A stretch of 64,000 nucleotides of DNA from Okamejei kenojei (lineage: Eukaryota), in the NCBI GenBank assembly GCA_035221665.1, contig CM069164.1:13268001-13332000 (forward strand), written 5' to 3'. Shown piece after piece: positions 1 to 13,400 of this stretch. The translations under genes were made by a program, and so were the position numbers. How positions within the stretch are numbered: the first letter of the stretch is position 1; each line of letters begins with the position of its first letter. The notes beneath the pieces were generated by a model. That model saw nothing but the letters and a program-made list of their open reading frames with translations, did no database searches and was not told the DNA's origin.

Positions 1-1502
1 GGCTTGAGTTTGCATCCCACCAGGCCCATTGGGTTTTTTAAAAAGGTTAACCTCACAAATAAAAAACACAAAACTGCCGGCTTGCTCTAAATGGTTGCAC
101 CTGGTTCACCATTTTCTTCAGAATAAAAAAATATTGTCCTTCCACAAAAATGTTACACAAAAAGAGATTTTCCTTCCTAGTTGTGGGTTGTGTGTGAATC
201 TAGGCCCACCAAATGGATTACTGTTAACTACCTCCGCAGATCAAGAGCAATCAAGGATGGACAATAAATGCTGGCGCTGCCAGTGACATCCACATCGTGT
301 CAATAAATACACTGAGAAAAATCTAACAAGAACTGAGCAGTACAGGAATATTGCAAACAATCCCATTCCAATTTCCATGTGCATTCACACAGGCATAAAT
401 TTTCAACAAGGGTTACTTCTAGTGAACAAAAGCGAGGCCCTGACAAAATTCTCAGCTGCAGGCCAATTTTAGCACGCTGGCACTGCCCTGGCTGAGAACT
501 GCCAGCACAGTACAGACAGCGACTGAAGCTGGAGCCCAGTGTTTGCATTAAACGACAGTTAAAAGAAACAAAAACAGCTCTCTCTATCAGCAGCCTGCCC
601 TAAGTGCATGAAGGACCTGAATCCTCCTGATCAAAGACCAGCACAACTCAGGAGGAACATGGTCCTGTCCTGCAGCTCATACGGTGAACCAAGTGCCTGG
701 GGAATGGGTGAGAGTTTTGGGGGAGGTTGGTGGATGGAGCTTTGATATCTGAAAACCAAAGATCATTATCTAATGATGATGTTCAACCAGGTGAGTGCCA
801 TTGAATCGGGAACAAGGTGCCATGGTTTAAATTTAAACAGGGATGCTGAGCGTTCCAGATACAGATGAAGTGAAGGGCTGAACTGTTGGTTGGATGTCCG
901 CTTTGCTAATGTTGAACCTATTTGATTCCATTAATAATGAATAGAAACATTTATCACATGCCTGGGAAGGTGAATGGCCAGTGCCCTTTCCTGTTATCTG
1001 GGCCTTACACAAATGAGTTGTGGCAATAGGTTTTGATTGAGATATAGACTTTTTTTTACCAATAGGAAAATTAACTTCTCAATTTTGAAGTTCCACAGAC
1101 ACAACAAGAGAGGTGATTGGTAGTTGGGTGATGGTGATTGAGGCCAGTCACTTGATCTCCATCTTTAGCATTCAAATGAATAAAGAATGGTTTATCACCG
1201 TTAAATAAAAATACTTCTCAGAAAATGCTACTCTACAGAATTGTAGTGGCAATCTACTCGATCTTCTACAAGCTTCTATTTTGGGACATTTCTGTGCGTT
1301 AGATGAACAGAACATTTTCATGTCACCAGACAATGGAAGAAAATGGCTTTTTATTTAAAATTGAAAATAATGTTTTGCCAATGTACATGAAAGCTGAACT
1401 ATTCAATCCAAAAGAGTTCTGGTATGGTTGTTTCTGTGGTCTTCTGATATGTATAAGGCATGCTTTGTTTCTTATATGGGTAGATGGAATGTCAAACATC
1501 CA

Positions 1503-1604
1503 ATCTCTCCCTCTCGCTCTCTCTCTCCCTCTCCCTCTCCCCCTCCCCCTCCCTCTCCCCCTCCCTCTCCCCCTCCCTCTCCCCCTCCGCCTCTCTCCCT
1601 CTCT
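1503..1604. repeat. Polypyrimidine (CT/CCCTCT)n simple repeat
   Basis: Directly visible; explains the LP, GR and PS low-complexity ORFs here. Confidence 0.9.
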
Positions 1605-2304
1605 CGGGGAGGGGGTGGGGGGGGTGGTGGAGATACCAGACACTTCATAAAAAAGTGTAGCTACCTACACTAGCTAGAAATTACATCTTTGACTGGGCAT
1701 AATCCTCCTCTTTGATATGAGTTCCCACTGTCGTCTGTTCTAGCCCAAGCTCCGTCCCGTTGGTTATTTGATAACCACCCTCGTCGTAGTATCTGCCTTC
1801 CCTTGTCCAGTTGCCATGTACTTGACTATCAGTCAAACAGATCCTCAATATTGCCCAGTCCAATATTTTTAGAACAAATAACCTAGAGTATTGAAGGAAA
1901 ATTGGAAAACAATCGTTAGATTCCTTTGATTTATCTTCCGTGGTTGTCTGAAAATTGATCTTTAATTTCTGCTACCGGTCCTACATCGGGCAGCAGGGGC
2001 CCGCTCCAACTCCTGGCTTAGCAAGGAGCGGGAGTGAAAGAAAGGGCAGCACTAATTCTTTACAACAGAGGGGATATTTTTAAAATGTCATTCAGTGTTG
2101 TAATCTGCGATGGTCAAGGCCTGTGTGTGCACACAGCAAGCTCCCACAATCAGCAGTGGGATAATCAGCAGATTGTTTTGGCTACAGTAATGGACATTTG
2201 CCAGAACGCTGGAGAAAACTACCCAAACTCTTCCTTCAGCTGGTGCCAGAGATGCTTTAGATCCGAGGGCAGTCAGCGCTGTGGTGAAACATCACACCCT
2301 CTAG

Positions 2305-2608
2305 ACTTACTTACTTACTGCCTATTATGCCTCCTAGTAGGGCAGAAACGAAGGTCCTCCACTCAGTAGTGTTGATTCCTTCAGTTGCTGTTTCTGTAAC
2401 ATATTTGTTTTACGAGACAGGGTTGTTAGCCCTGTGCTCAACCTCCAACCTGGAGGACCAGTGGATCACTCTCCGTCTCGCCTCTACCCTTCGACCTGTC
2501 CAGCATGGGACACCCTAACAGGAGACGAATCTCCCGCTGGCAAAGGTCTAGGGGTCACTGAGACACACAAGCTCCCTGACCACGACAAGGTTGCAATCCA
2601 ACGGGGAG
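2305..2608 (-). mobile_element. Short RTE-derived non-autonomous element (5' UTR fused to 3' tail)
   Basis: Minus strand begins with a BovB/RTE-like 5' UTR (CCTTGTCGTGG...GCTTG...GGACAGGTC...TGATCCACTGG) and ends GAGTGGAGGACCTTCGTTTCTGCCC...(TAAG)n. Confidence 0.6.
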
Positions 2609-3394
2609 CACCCACAAGAGCCAAGAATCTATGAACAGGATTAGGTGAGTCCCTGTCCGCTAAGGGAGGTCATGACAGCGAGAGGGAATATCCCTTCAAA
2701 CAAAGTCAGTTTCATGAGGTCTGGGATGGAGAGCTAGACCGGCAGACAGTGTGATTCCCAGAGTATTCAGTGCCACCTGCTGTTTAAAATTATCCAGGAC
2801 AACAAGCCTCTCTTGACGGTAAAGCAACTCGGAATGCTCACTCCCACGACACTTCTTCCTACTCCCCAGGACAAATCCCACAACAAAGGCAGGGCCCGGA
2901 CTCCCTGTCGGTACAGAGACCTTATTAACAGCAGCAATTTCCCATGTCATCAACTAGTACACAAGGGAAAGACTGCGAAGATTTGTTTTTTTCAACTGGG
3001 GGCTTTCATTCCAGACAGCAAGGTTCCCCAAGATCACAACAGAGACTGCTCGTCAAACTTGTTTCATTGGTTGTAAAACCCCTGCAACTTCATGAAGCCA
3101 TGAAATACACTCTCCTGCTTCAGAAGGTTTTGTCAGTCAGATTGGGGAAGTAGGCTAACTCCTAAGCTATTGACACTTTTAAATAACTTGATGCCTGCCA
3201 TTTAGTTTATGGTACTATCCAGCCCATTCTATTGTATTTCGTTGTTGGTGGAAATGCACAGCCATTAAGGGCAGAGCAGCAGAATTGCTAAATAATTCAG
3301 CTGATATTTAGGAGCTTGGACTGTTAATGCAGTCCAAGCGACATTAGTGATATGGGTTCAAATCCCCTAACAGCAGCTGCAAATAACTAGACTA

Positions 3395-3667
3395 GACTTT
3401 TGAGATACAGCACAGAAACAGACCCTTTTGCCCACCAAGTCCGTGCCGACCAGCGATCACACTAGGGACAATTTACAATTTTTACCAAAGGCAATTAAAC
3501 TACAAACCTGTTTGTCTTTGGAATGTGGGAGGAAAACGGTGCATCTGGAGAAAACCAATGCGGTCACAGGGAGAACGTACAAACTCTGTACTGACAGCAC
3601 CTGTAGTCAGGATCGAACCCGGAATCCCAGGCACTGTAAGGCAGCAACTCTACCACTGTGCTGCCAA
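3395..3667 (-). mobile_element. HE1-like V-SINE (tRNA-derived)
   Basis: Minus strand has GGCAGCACAGTGGTAGAG, B-box GGGTTCGATCC, V-domain GTTTGTACGTTCTCCCTGTGACC and a CR1-like tail. Confidence 0.8.
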
Positions 3668-4667
3668 AGTAATTAAATACATTTTAATAATTACTAGTCC
3701 AGTAATTTAGCCACGTTGCTACCACTCCCCCGGTAAATTATAGAGACAAATTACATAATCCTATATTTCTTTGAAGCTTAAGGGGTAATATAATTGTTTT
3801 GCTTAAAATTGCAATGGGAGGTGATATGATAAGTACAGATCATTTATTTCCTCGGTTGGGGAATCAAGAATGAGGGGGCAGAACAAAAACTGGAGGCAGT
3901 CTGTTCCGGATTGGGATTGGGAAATAGATCTTCCCACAAAGGGCAGTGGAAACTTGAATTCTGATCTTTAAAAGGGTCTGGATGCTAAGTGTCAATTGAC
4001 ATTTAATAAACAACAGATCTTTGTTACAGCAGTTTATCAAGAGATGTGAAGCAAAGTCAGGTAATGTAGTGGAATTATTGCAATCGGTCATGATCTGATT
4101 GAATGGTGGAACAGGTTCAAAGGGCCGAATGGACACCTTTTCTTTCTAAAGGTTTTTCTGTGATTATTGAAGTTACTTTCAGGCTGCTACTGGTCAGATG
4201 ATTCTGGTAGCAATGCCTGATGATTGTACAGTGAAAATACTGTTATTTTTCATCTCTTCCATCTGCCAGACCAAACAGACCTTAGAAAGTAAAACAAAGG
4301 GACCTCTAATGTGCACATATCAAAGGCTTATTAATTTTTCGAGCCCAGTTTGCTTTGGTCCAAAAGCACCAACTGAAGAGCGCTTCCTGTTAATGACTAA
4401 CAAAAGTCTCGCTGTGAATGATTGCAGCTTTCATTAATGTGCCAGATTGGCAATGCAAAACAAAATATTGGGGAATCTTAGAACAGGTCTATGTGGGAGG
4501 TAGAGTGAAATACGGCAATGTATCGGTAATGTGTAAAGCACGACACACTGTTAATAATAGGGCTGATGGAATCTTGTCTGCAGTAATAATTAACATGTTT
4601 AGCCAATCCACTGACTGGTGAGGGGCTGAATTTCAGTTGACACAAAATGACACTCTGTGTGACTTTT

Positions 4668-4916
4668 TTCACACAGAGAGTCGTGAGTCTGTGGAATTCT
4701 CTGCCTCAGAGGGCGGTGGAAGCCGCTTCTCTGGATACTTTCAAGAGAGAGCTAGATAGGCTCTTAAAGATAGAGGAGTCGGGGGATATGGGGAGAAGGC
4801 AGGAACGGGGTACTGATTGTGGATGATCATCCATGATCACATTGAATGGCGGTGCTGGCTCAAAGGGCCGAATGGCCTACTCCTGCACCTATTTTTCTAT
4901 GTTTCTATATTTCTAT
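4668..4916 (+). mobile_element. CR1 LINE 3' end
   Basis: FFTQRVVSLWNSLPQRAVEA...FKRELD; GGGCCGAATGGCCTACTCCTGC followed by a (TTCTATG)n tail. Confidence 0.85.
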
Positions 4917-7900
4917 GAGATGGACCCATTTTGCATTCCCAAGCCTGCCTTTGTAGAATGTGTCCAGCAGGTCAGGCCATACTAAAGGAGTGAGATAAAC
5001 TGCACTAGTATCTCAGGTGAATGACTTGCAGCAGAAGCGGCCAGTTCCAATGCAGAGCTCTCAAGAGTCAAGACAAGAGTGTTTAATTGTCATTTGCACT
5101 GGGATGAGAACAATGAAATTCTTACTTGCTGCAGCCTTACAGGTACTTTAATGCAACTACACAATAATTGAATATACAATAAACAATAATACAATACATT
5201 GCCAATTATATAAGGCAATCAGACTATAATAGTAAGCAAATAGGCAAATATAAAGCAAGTTGCCTGAATTTGTAGAATTTGATATTGAGCCCAGAGGAAT
5301 GGAAAGTGCACTGGTGAAATATTAGGTGCTGTTCCACAACTTTACGTTGGGCCTTGTTATGAACTTTCAGGACGCAGATAGATCAGAATGGGAGTGGGAC
5401 AAAGGGGCGGGCAAAAGGAGCTCTACATTTCCCCCAATGGAGTGCACTCGAATACTCTGCAAAATGGAGTTAGTCATGTTACAAATGCTCTTCTGCTTTA
5501 TGCTAAGTTAGCCAGCCAGGCCCCTCTACAAACTCCAGCGGTAATGGGGCTGATTGTGTGGATTGCTAGTTTACAGCATGGGCGATGGGCCGCATTCCTG
5601 CATTTGTTGTGCTCCCAACAACCATTGCCTTGGCTATCATCCCTTTTATCACTAAATCTCTCTTGCATGTGCCTGATCACAGCCTTCCCCTATCATTCTT
5701 TCCTCCTCTCCCCTTCTCCTCATCGATCTGGACTTGTTTAAAACCCGTTACGTCACTAAAAGGCACTTGAACTGAAATATTAACATGGCTGCTCCCTACC
5801 AATGTTGTCTGATGTGACGGATATTTGCAGTTCTTGTTTCCTGCTCTCAGATCTGCTCCTGATGTGAAGATGTGAAGGCTAGCCAAGGGTATCAGGGTGG
5901 ACAATGTAGGACCATATCTCGGTAAGAAATTAATAACTTAAAATAAATAAAACCTAAAAGGAAAATACATTTAATTACTTTATTTTTAATTTTGAAATAG
6001 TCTATTATCGAATTTGACTTAAACAAGGATTGCAGTGGACAGAGGGTAATATTATCATACACACAATCCTGTTGGTTTTGTGTTCGAGACTTGTATTAAT
6101 CACTCCCATAATCTCTGTTTGAGGTCAGTGGACACATAGCAAGTGACATAACTGGGCCACTATGTTATTATGTAGCAGACAACATGGCTGCCAATGGTAG
6201 AACAATTAAATGGTTGACTTGAAGTGACAGAGTTGGAGGAATGCAGGGATCTTGGAGGATTATGTACATTCCGCTGATGAGGATGAATGAGGAGAAAGAG
6301 GATTTGGATTCAAAAATGTGAATGTTTAAACTGAGATGTTATCTGACTTGGATCTGGGTGAGAGAGTACGAGAAGGATCAGACAGGCAGATGGAAGCTCT
6401 GCATCCTAAACTTGGATGTGAAATGTGTTGGAATGACATCAGATTTTGAAAAACTCCACATTAATTAAAAACTCTCAAATGAAGGGATATAGTTACTGGT
6501 TACAGACAAGTTAATTAAAACCAGAAAATGGCTTCTTTAGTGGATGGTGGATCTCTTTCCCAGACAATATGTGCAGGCTAGACACAAAATGCTGGAGTAA
6601 CTCAGCAGGAGAGGCAACAATGCTGGGGAACAAGAAGGTGATGCTCCTTCTTGAGTTACTTCAGTATCTTGTGACTTTCGTCAGTATAAACCAGCATCTG
6701 CAGTTCCTTCCTACACAATTTGTGCAGGCTTGTTCGTTACAAGTATTTAAAGTTGGGCAGATACATTTTTGAAAGATCGGAGCTTTGAGGGTAATGGCGA
6801 ACTGACACAAAAAGACGAGTTGAGGCCTGGGACACAACGGCCATGATTACATTGAACGGTGGGCCAGGCTTGAGGGGCCGAGTGGCCTGTCCCTGTATTA
6901 TGTGCTCTTGTGTTCCATAGTATCTGCTTCCTGCTCCTTTGCAGTTGTACAGAGGAATATGAAAGCTATAAATTCCCAAGCTGTCAGGTTACATGCCAGT
7001 ATAGTCAGTCCCTGCCATAATAGTAGAATGATATACTGAGTGCAACCTGGTTTTACACCATTTTCACCATTTTTAATTTAATGAACCTTTTATCTGTTTG
7101 CTTATTATATTATCCATTGATTACCATGTGTTATAAATCTGTTGCGCTGTCTGCTGCAAGTAATTATGGCATTTTTCCTTTTCAGGACATATGACTATAA
7201 AACACTCGACTCTTGACTCTACTCTTAGTAATGAAGGACAATTTAATTCAGAGGTATCCTTTGAATATTTCCCTTAGAAATCCGCATGTGATATATAAGA
7301 ATCAGATTAATAATGTTGCACACTTAACTACATCTTTAGCCAATCCGTTAAGTCACTGTCCAAGGCAGATTATTTCACTCAAAGACAAGTTCTGGAACCT
7401 GTTGCGGAGATCAGCTAAGACTTAATAAAATGAAATGGTGATGCCTCACAAAAGTTATGCTCCACTGAGAATTTTCTTTGTGAATGACAGCGAGGAGGAA
7501 ATTATTGCCATATGCTGTAAACAGGAAGAAAGACACCAGTCCAACCGCCCACACTCCAAAGCAATTAAAATCATCGCTATGGGAGGAATTAGATGTCCTC
7601 AAGAGGCAGTAGGGTCAGTGATCTTTGGCGACCGGACATATGCCTCTTTTCCCCACTTACTTTCTAATGAACGTAACCAAATAGTGCAGATCTAGAATAC
7701 AAGGGAACACTGAGGGTCAGAAATATGTCTGCAGAGCCAACCCATCAGCATCAGCTCAGTGGCTCAGCTGGATAGCACTCTAGATTTGGAGTCAAAATAT
7801 TGGTCCAAAACCAACCCCATTACAAAATTGAGACCAACACTGAGAGTGCAGTACCAAAGGAGTGTTTCTTTTGGATGGAGTGTTTAAACCATGGTCATGT

Positions 7901-8049
7901 CTGCAGTTTTGCCATGGCCTCAGATGGTTTACATCAATGATTAGGTGCTCCTGCTGATGCTCTTGGCTTAATATTGGCTCATGTCTTTCTGACTGTGCTC
8001 AAAAAATAATAATTTGGTGAACATTTTGTAAAGTGCAATAGTCACTGCG

Positions 8050-8572
8050 TATTAGAGTATTGGGTTCAGTTTTGGCCACCGTATTATGGGGAAAATGTTG
8101 TTAAGCTGAAAGGGTGCAGAGAAGATTTACGAGGATGTTGCCAGGACTTGAGGGGCTGAGCTATAGGGAGAGGTTGAGTAGGCTAGGACTTTAGTCCTTG
8201 GGGTGCAATGGGCTGATGGGTGATCTTATAGAGGTGTAGAAAATCATTAGAGAAATAGATCGGGTAAATGCACGGAATGTCCTGTCCAGAGTAGGAGAAT
8301 CGAAAACTGAAGGACAAGGTAAGGAGATGATAATCTAATAGGAACCTGAGGGGGAACCTTCTTTTACACAAAAGGTGGTGGGTGTATGGAACGAGTTACC
8401 AGAGGAGGTAGTTGAGGCAGGTACTATCACAATGTTTAAGAAACATTTAGACAGGTACAAGGATAGGAAAGAATCAGAGGGACATGGGCCAAACATAGGT
8501 AGGTGGGACTAGTGTAGATGGGGCATGTTGATCAATAGGGCATAAGGGCTTGTTTCCATGCTGTATGACTCA
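8050..8572 (+). mobile_element. CR1 (HER1-like) LINE 3' fragment
   Basis: VQFWPPYY...FTRMLPGLEGLSYRERL...KVVGVWNELPEEVVEAG; tail GGGCTTGTTTCCATGCTGTATGACTC. Confidence 0.85.
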
Positions 8573-9817
8573 ATTACATAAAAGCAAATTTCAATTCCTT
8601 GGGACATATTATATGGCTACGAACAGATGAAAAAGGGATTACCCAAGAATTAACCAAAACGTTCCTTGGTAACTTTTTCTATATTTTAATTAATTTTAGA
8701 GATGTGTTCTTAGTTTATTCGCCCTGGCAGTTGAAAGAACATCATGCTTGGCTTGTGAGGAGTGGCTCATGTATCATGAGTGTCACCGTGAAGCTGAGAT
8801 TTATGGTCTGACCTCCTGATGACCCTGTGAGAATGGTGTGTGCCACAGTGATAGTTCAAGGGGCAGGTTCATGATCATAATAAACTTCTTTGCAGTTGAA
8901 GCGATTGAGGGGTGATCTTATTTTAAGTTCTTTAGGGGGCAGGACTGAGTGTATGTCAAAATGTTTTTATGAGTGAGTGCATCACAAAAGAGAGGACATA
9001 GTTATAAGATTAGGAGCGGTGCTGGCTCGAAGGGCCGAATGGCCTCCTGCACCTATTTTCTATATTTTCTATGTTTCTGGGAGGCAGTCATTTACAACTA
9101 AGCTGCATTGGAACTTCTAGCAGAGGGTGGTGAATCTCTAGGATTTTCTACCCCGAAGGGCTGTGGAAATAAGATGCTGAGGGATTTAAAAAAGAAATAG
9201 TTCATTTTTTTGTAAGAGCAGGGTATTGAGAGATGAAGCCTGGAGCAGATGAGGTCTGATCAAAGTGAATGGCAACAGGGCAGGTTTGAGGGGCAGAATA
9301 GCCCACTCCTGCTCCTGGATGTGTCTATCTATTTGTCAATAGGGTTTACAACAATGAATAACAAATGCAACCGTTTGAATAGACATATTAATAAAAGAAA
9401 ATAAATAAATGATTCTTTCTATTTTGTCAGGACATTTCATATTCTCTCATGACAACAGAGAAGTTCAGTTTAGAAACAAGGAACTGCAGATGCCGATTCA
9501 CAAGAAAGGATATAGTAACTCAGCAGGTCAGGCAGCACCTGTGGAGAACATGAATAGGTGACATTTTGGGTCAGGACCTCTTTGAACTCATTATGGATGG
9601 GGGTGGGGGTAAGAAAGCTGGGAGAGAGAGACAGGGACCCCAAGACCATTCCAGGTGAGAGAAACATTGACATGCACCTTTTCAAACCTTGTCTACTGTA
9701 TTGGGTGCAGTCATGTCTCTCCCAGCTTTCTCCCCCCCCCCCCCCCCCCCCCCCCCCACCCCACAATCAGTCTGAAGAAGGACGCTGACCCGAAACATCA
9801 CCTATCCATGTTCTTCT

Positions 9818-10127
9818 AGGTTTGTGATACAGAGTGAAACAGGCCTTTCAGCCCACTGAGTCCACACTGACCATCGATCACTTGATCACACCAGTCCTAT
9901 GTTAACCCACTTTTGCATCCTCTCCCTGCACATTAGGGGCAATTTACTGAGGCCACTTAACCTAAACACCCACATGTCCCTGGGATGAAACCGGGGCACC
10001 CAAAGGAAACACAAGCGGACACGGGGAGAACGTGCAAACTCCACTTGCAGCAGCTGAGGTCAGGATCAAACCTGATTCTCTTACGCTGCGAGGCAACAGG
10101 TCTACCAGCTGCACTACACTGCCACCC
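9818..10127 (-). mobile_element. HE1-like V-SINE
   Basis: Minus strand has a tRNA head (GGTGGCAGTGTAGTGCAGCTGGTAGA...GGTTTGATCC) and V-domain GGAGTTTGCACGTTCTCCCCGTG. Confidence 0.75.
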
Positions 10128-10749
10128 CAGCTGCATTACCAGGAGCTCACAACACTGAAATTGTTGATCAGTAGATTTATTGCAAACTGAGTCACTGGCT
10201 TTCGGTACATCATAATGAGGATACTTAACAGGAACATTATTTAGGCAACATCTATTCATACAATACTTCTACCTTTCATCAAGATACAAAGACACAGCTG
10301 AATGTGAGCAATATTTCTCGAAATGTCAGTTCAAAATTTTAAACATAAAAATGTTAAACTTGTGGTTTTTGAACTGTAACTGATATAATGCAGGAACACT
10401 ACAGCTAAAGTTTGCATAATGTGTTTCCACTAACAACTAGAACATAAATTATTCTATAATTTGCTTTCAGTGGTACTAAAAGGACACCTGTTCAAAATAG
10501 AGTTACATGCTCTCTCAAGTGCACCTGACAGCAGCTTGGTTTAAGTCTCACTGTTAATACGGCCCCCACGAGTGCACTGGGCTTCAGTCCAGAGTTTTGT
10601 CCTCAAGTCTCTTTGTAGTGTTACTTTTAAAAATTCAGAATGATGGTGTCAAAGTGTGCATTCAAGACGCGTTGGTGAATAATCTAGCCTGTATGTGGCA
10701 GAGAGTGGCCCTGAGATTCCAGCTATGTTATTCATGACAGATGTGGGAG

Positions 10750-11016
10750 CGGTGGTAGAGTTGCTGCCTTACAGAGCCGGAGACCTGTAGTCTGTATGAA
10801 GTTTGTACGTTCTCCCCGTGACCGCGTGGGTTTTCTCGGAGATCTTCAGTTTCCTCCCACACTCCAAAGATGTACAGGCATGTAGGTTAATTGGCTTGAT
10901 GTATGTGTAAAAATTGTCCCTAAGGTAGGATAGTGTTAGTGTGAGGGGATTGCTGGTCGGTGCGGACTCGGTGGGCTGAAGGGCCTGTTTCCACGCTGTA
11001 TCTCTAAACTAAACTA
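10750..11016 (+). mobile_element. HE1-like V-SINE (B-box deleted)
   Basis: GGTAGAGTTGCTGCCTTACAG...GTTTGTACGTTCTCCCCGTGACCGCGTGGG...GGGCCTGTTTCCACGCTGTATCTC(TAAAC)n. Confidence 0.82.
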
Positions 11017-11469
11017 AAAAAATTTTTGGGGTGTGTTTTTTTACAATTTTCAACAGATAAAATCAAGTCACAAAGAACCGAAGTAACTCAGAAAGTCAGG
11101 CAGCATCTCTGGAGAACATGTTCGCTTTAGATACTGCCTGACCTCTGAGTGTTTCCAGTTATTTTAAAAATCTCAAATTCCCAGCATCTGTACTTGTTTG
11201 ATTATCATTTCCGGTATCACAACCATTGGATGTTTCAAACATACAATTGTGATGTTGAGTTGAGTAAACTGTGATAGAGATTTAAATCTGTCATTTCTTT
11301 CACAGTAAGTTGTTGAGGCAAATAGTGTGGATCCCTTTAAGGAGAAAGGAGGAAGGGGGGTAAGGAATAGAAGGTTGGGTTAATGCGGAGAGATAAAAAA
11401 GGATGGGAGCAAGACGTCATAGTAGATCTGGTTTATCTCTTAACATGTTGCTAAGGTCAGATTTACTGT

Positions 11470-11860
11470 TTCTCTAGAGTGTTTAATTGCAATATGCACC
11501 CGGACTGGAACTAAAATTCTTACATTATGCAGCTTTACAGACACATTAACACAACAACACAACAAATAAACTATGATACAATAAATTGCCAGTTATGCTA
11601 GATTACCATACCTAATAGTTGAGCCCAAAGAACACAGAGAACATCATGAAAACTGTCCATTGTAGTATGTTGCTGAGGTAGACATGGGTTAGGGCTGTGC
11701 AGGGTGATTCACGAGCCTGATTGTTGATGAGAAGATGTTGTTCTTGAACCTGGATGTATTGGTGCTCAGGCTCCTGTACCTTCTTCTTGATGGTAGCAGC
11801 AAGACAAGAGCGTGGCTGGGGTGGTGAGGGCCTTTGATGATGATTGCTGTCTTCTTTGCT
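11470..11860 (-). mobile_element. Rex1/Babar-type LINE 3' fragment
   Basis: Minus-strand ORF HHPSHALVLLLPSRRRYRSL...SRFKNNIFSSTIRLVN, a typical C-terminus for this clade. Confidence 0.75.
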
Positions 11861-13358
11861 TCACCTTTGTGAGTGGATTTCAGCTTCACTCTGGTGCTGT
11901 GTAGCTTCACTCATCTCTGGCTGTTACTCAATGAACTGATCCAACTGGCTCAATAAGGTGCAGTGAATCAATAAGTAACGGCAAGTCTACCTTCCTGAAC
12001 AATTTGGTCTCATCCATTCATGGAGTGCCTGCAATTAATCAGCAAGGGTATCAAGTGCAGCAAAGTTAGCTGCCACACCTGGTATTTTCCTTCCACTTCT
12101 GCATTTGGGTTATGATGTAAGGCATATTTTGACCCCTTGAAATCTCTTCAAATAAATCCATCAAGTTAAAAAAGTTTAGGCAAGCATTGCCTCATCCAGA
12201 AAACAGCCAGAACTCAACTGTGAGTCACAGTGAAACCCAAGCTGCTGTAGATGTTGAACAAGAAATGTTAGTTCATCAGGCCGAAATAGCAAGGCTCTGG
12301 AGTCATTGGCAGGTCCTTTAGTAACAGATAATAATCCGGCTCCTTGGAAGTAAGTATTTTTTGGAACAGATCTCAAGCTGGCCATGTCTTCACCAATCCA
12401 CACATGCTGTGGCTCCACAAAAGGAGCAGCGTTCTTTCCCCTGCATACCTCTCCAAACTTGCACTGTTATGTGGACTGGTGTTGGTTTATTTGGTAAACA
12501 CAATCATCTTTCTTTTATATAAAAGAGAAAACGTTTGAGGCGTAAAGCAGGGTTGAGATGGACATTAAAGGCAAGTCTATATGGCAGAGTGCATACACTT
12601 CATCATGACATGCCTGTTACTTAAAGGAGCCTTTTTATGGATTGCAAAGAACAGAGAAACAACAGATTAAAAAGCAAAGAAGACCAAGAAACTGCAGCTG
12701 TTGCAAACTAGAATAAAAAACAAAGTGCTGGAGGAACTCAGCAGGTCCGGCAACATCTGTGGAGGGAATAGGCAGATGAGTTTCGACCAGGACCTTCATC
12801 AGACTGATGGTGTTGTGGGGAGAAGGCTGTGAAAGAGATGTGGGGGTGGGCCAAAGCCTGGCAAGTGAAAGGTGGATACAGGTTGGTGGGAGTGTTTGGT
12901 AGATGGGTGAAGTAGGATACGAAGGCTAGAGATGAAAATGAGACAAAAGGGTGTCACATAAGAAAAGAAAAGAGGAATGACATGACAAGAGAGGAGTATT
13001 TTCTAAAGACCATTGTCCCAGAGCTGGGAAAAGATCCCAAACCGAAAAGTCACTTATCCATGTTCTTCAGGGATGCTGTCTAACTCGCTGAGTTGCTCCA
13101 GTACTTTGTGTCCTTATGTGTATTAACCAGCATTTGCAGTTTTATTGTTTCTACTCTTTCCTTAAACCTGACTTTGAAAGGCCACATTGACCAAACTAGC
13201 CACAGTCAAGTGTTGGTAGAAGCAACTTCAAAGGTAAAGAACAGTGTTCCCAGAAAGGCCACAAAAATTCATCGGCTACAACAGGATATGTTATTATTAG
13301 GGATTAGTGTTGTTCCTATATTTGAATTTTGCTGTCTCCTTCGATCGCTTACACACAT

Positions 13359-13400
<42 letters not shown>

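Noticed and set aside
1303-1673. ORFs with LP, GR and PS repeats
   Set aside because: Translations of a (CT)-rich microsatellite; no splice or homology support.
7411-7700. Possible PAQR5 or other terminal exon
   Set aside because: No PAQR motifs such as GHSHQLFH in the frames I read; only a lone minus-strand acceptor-like site.
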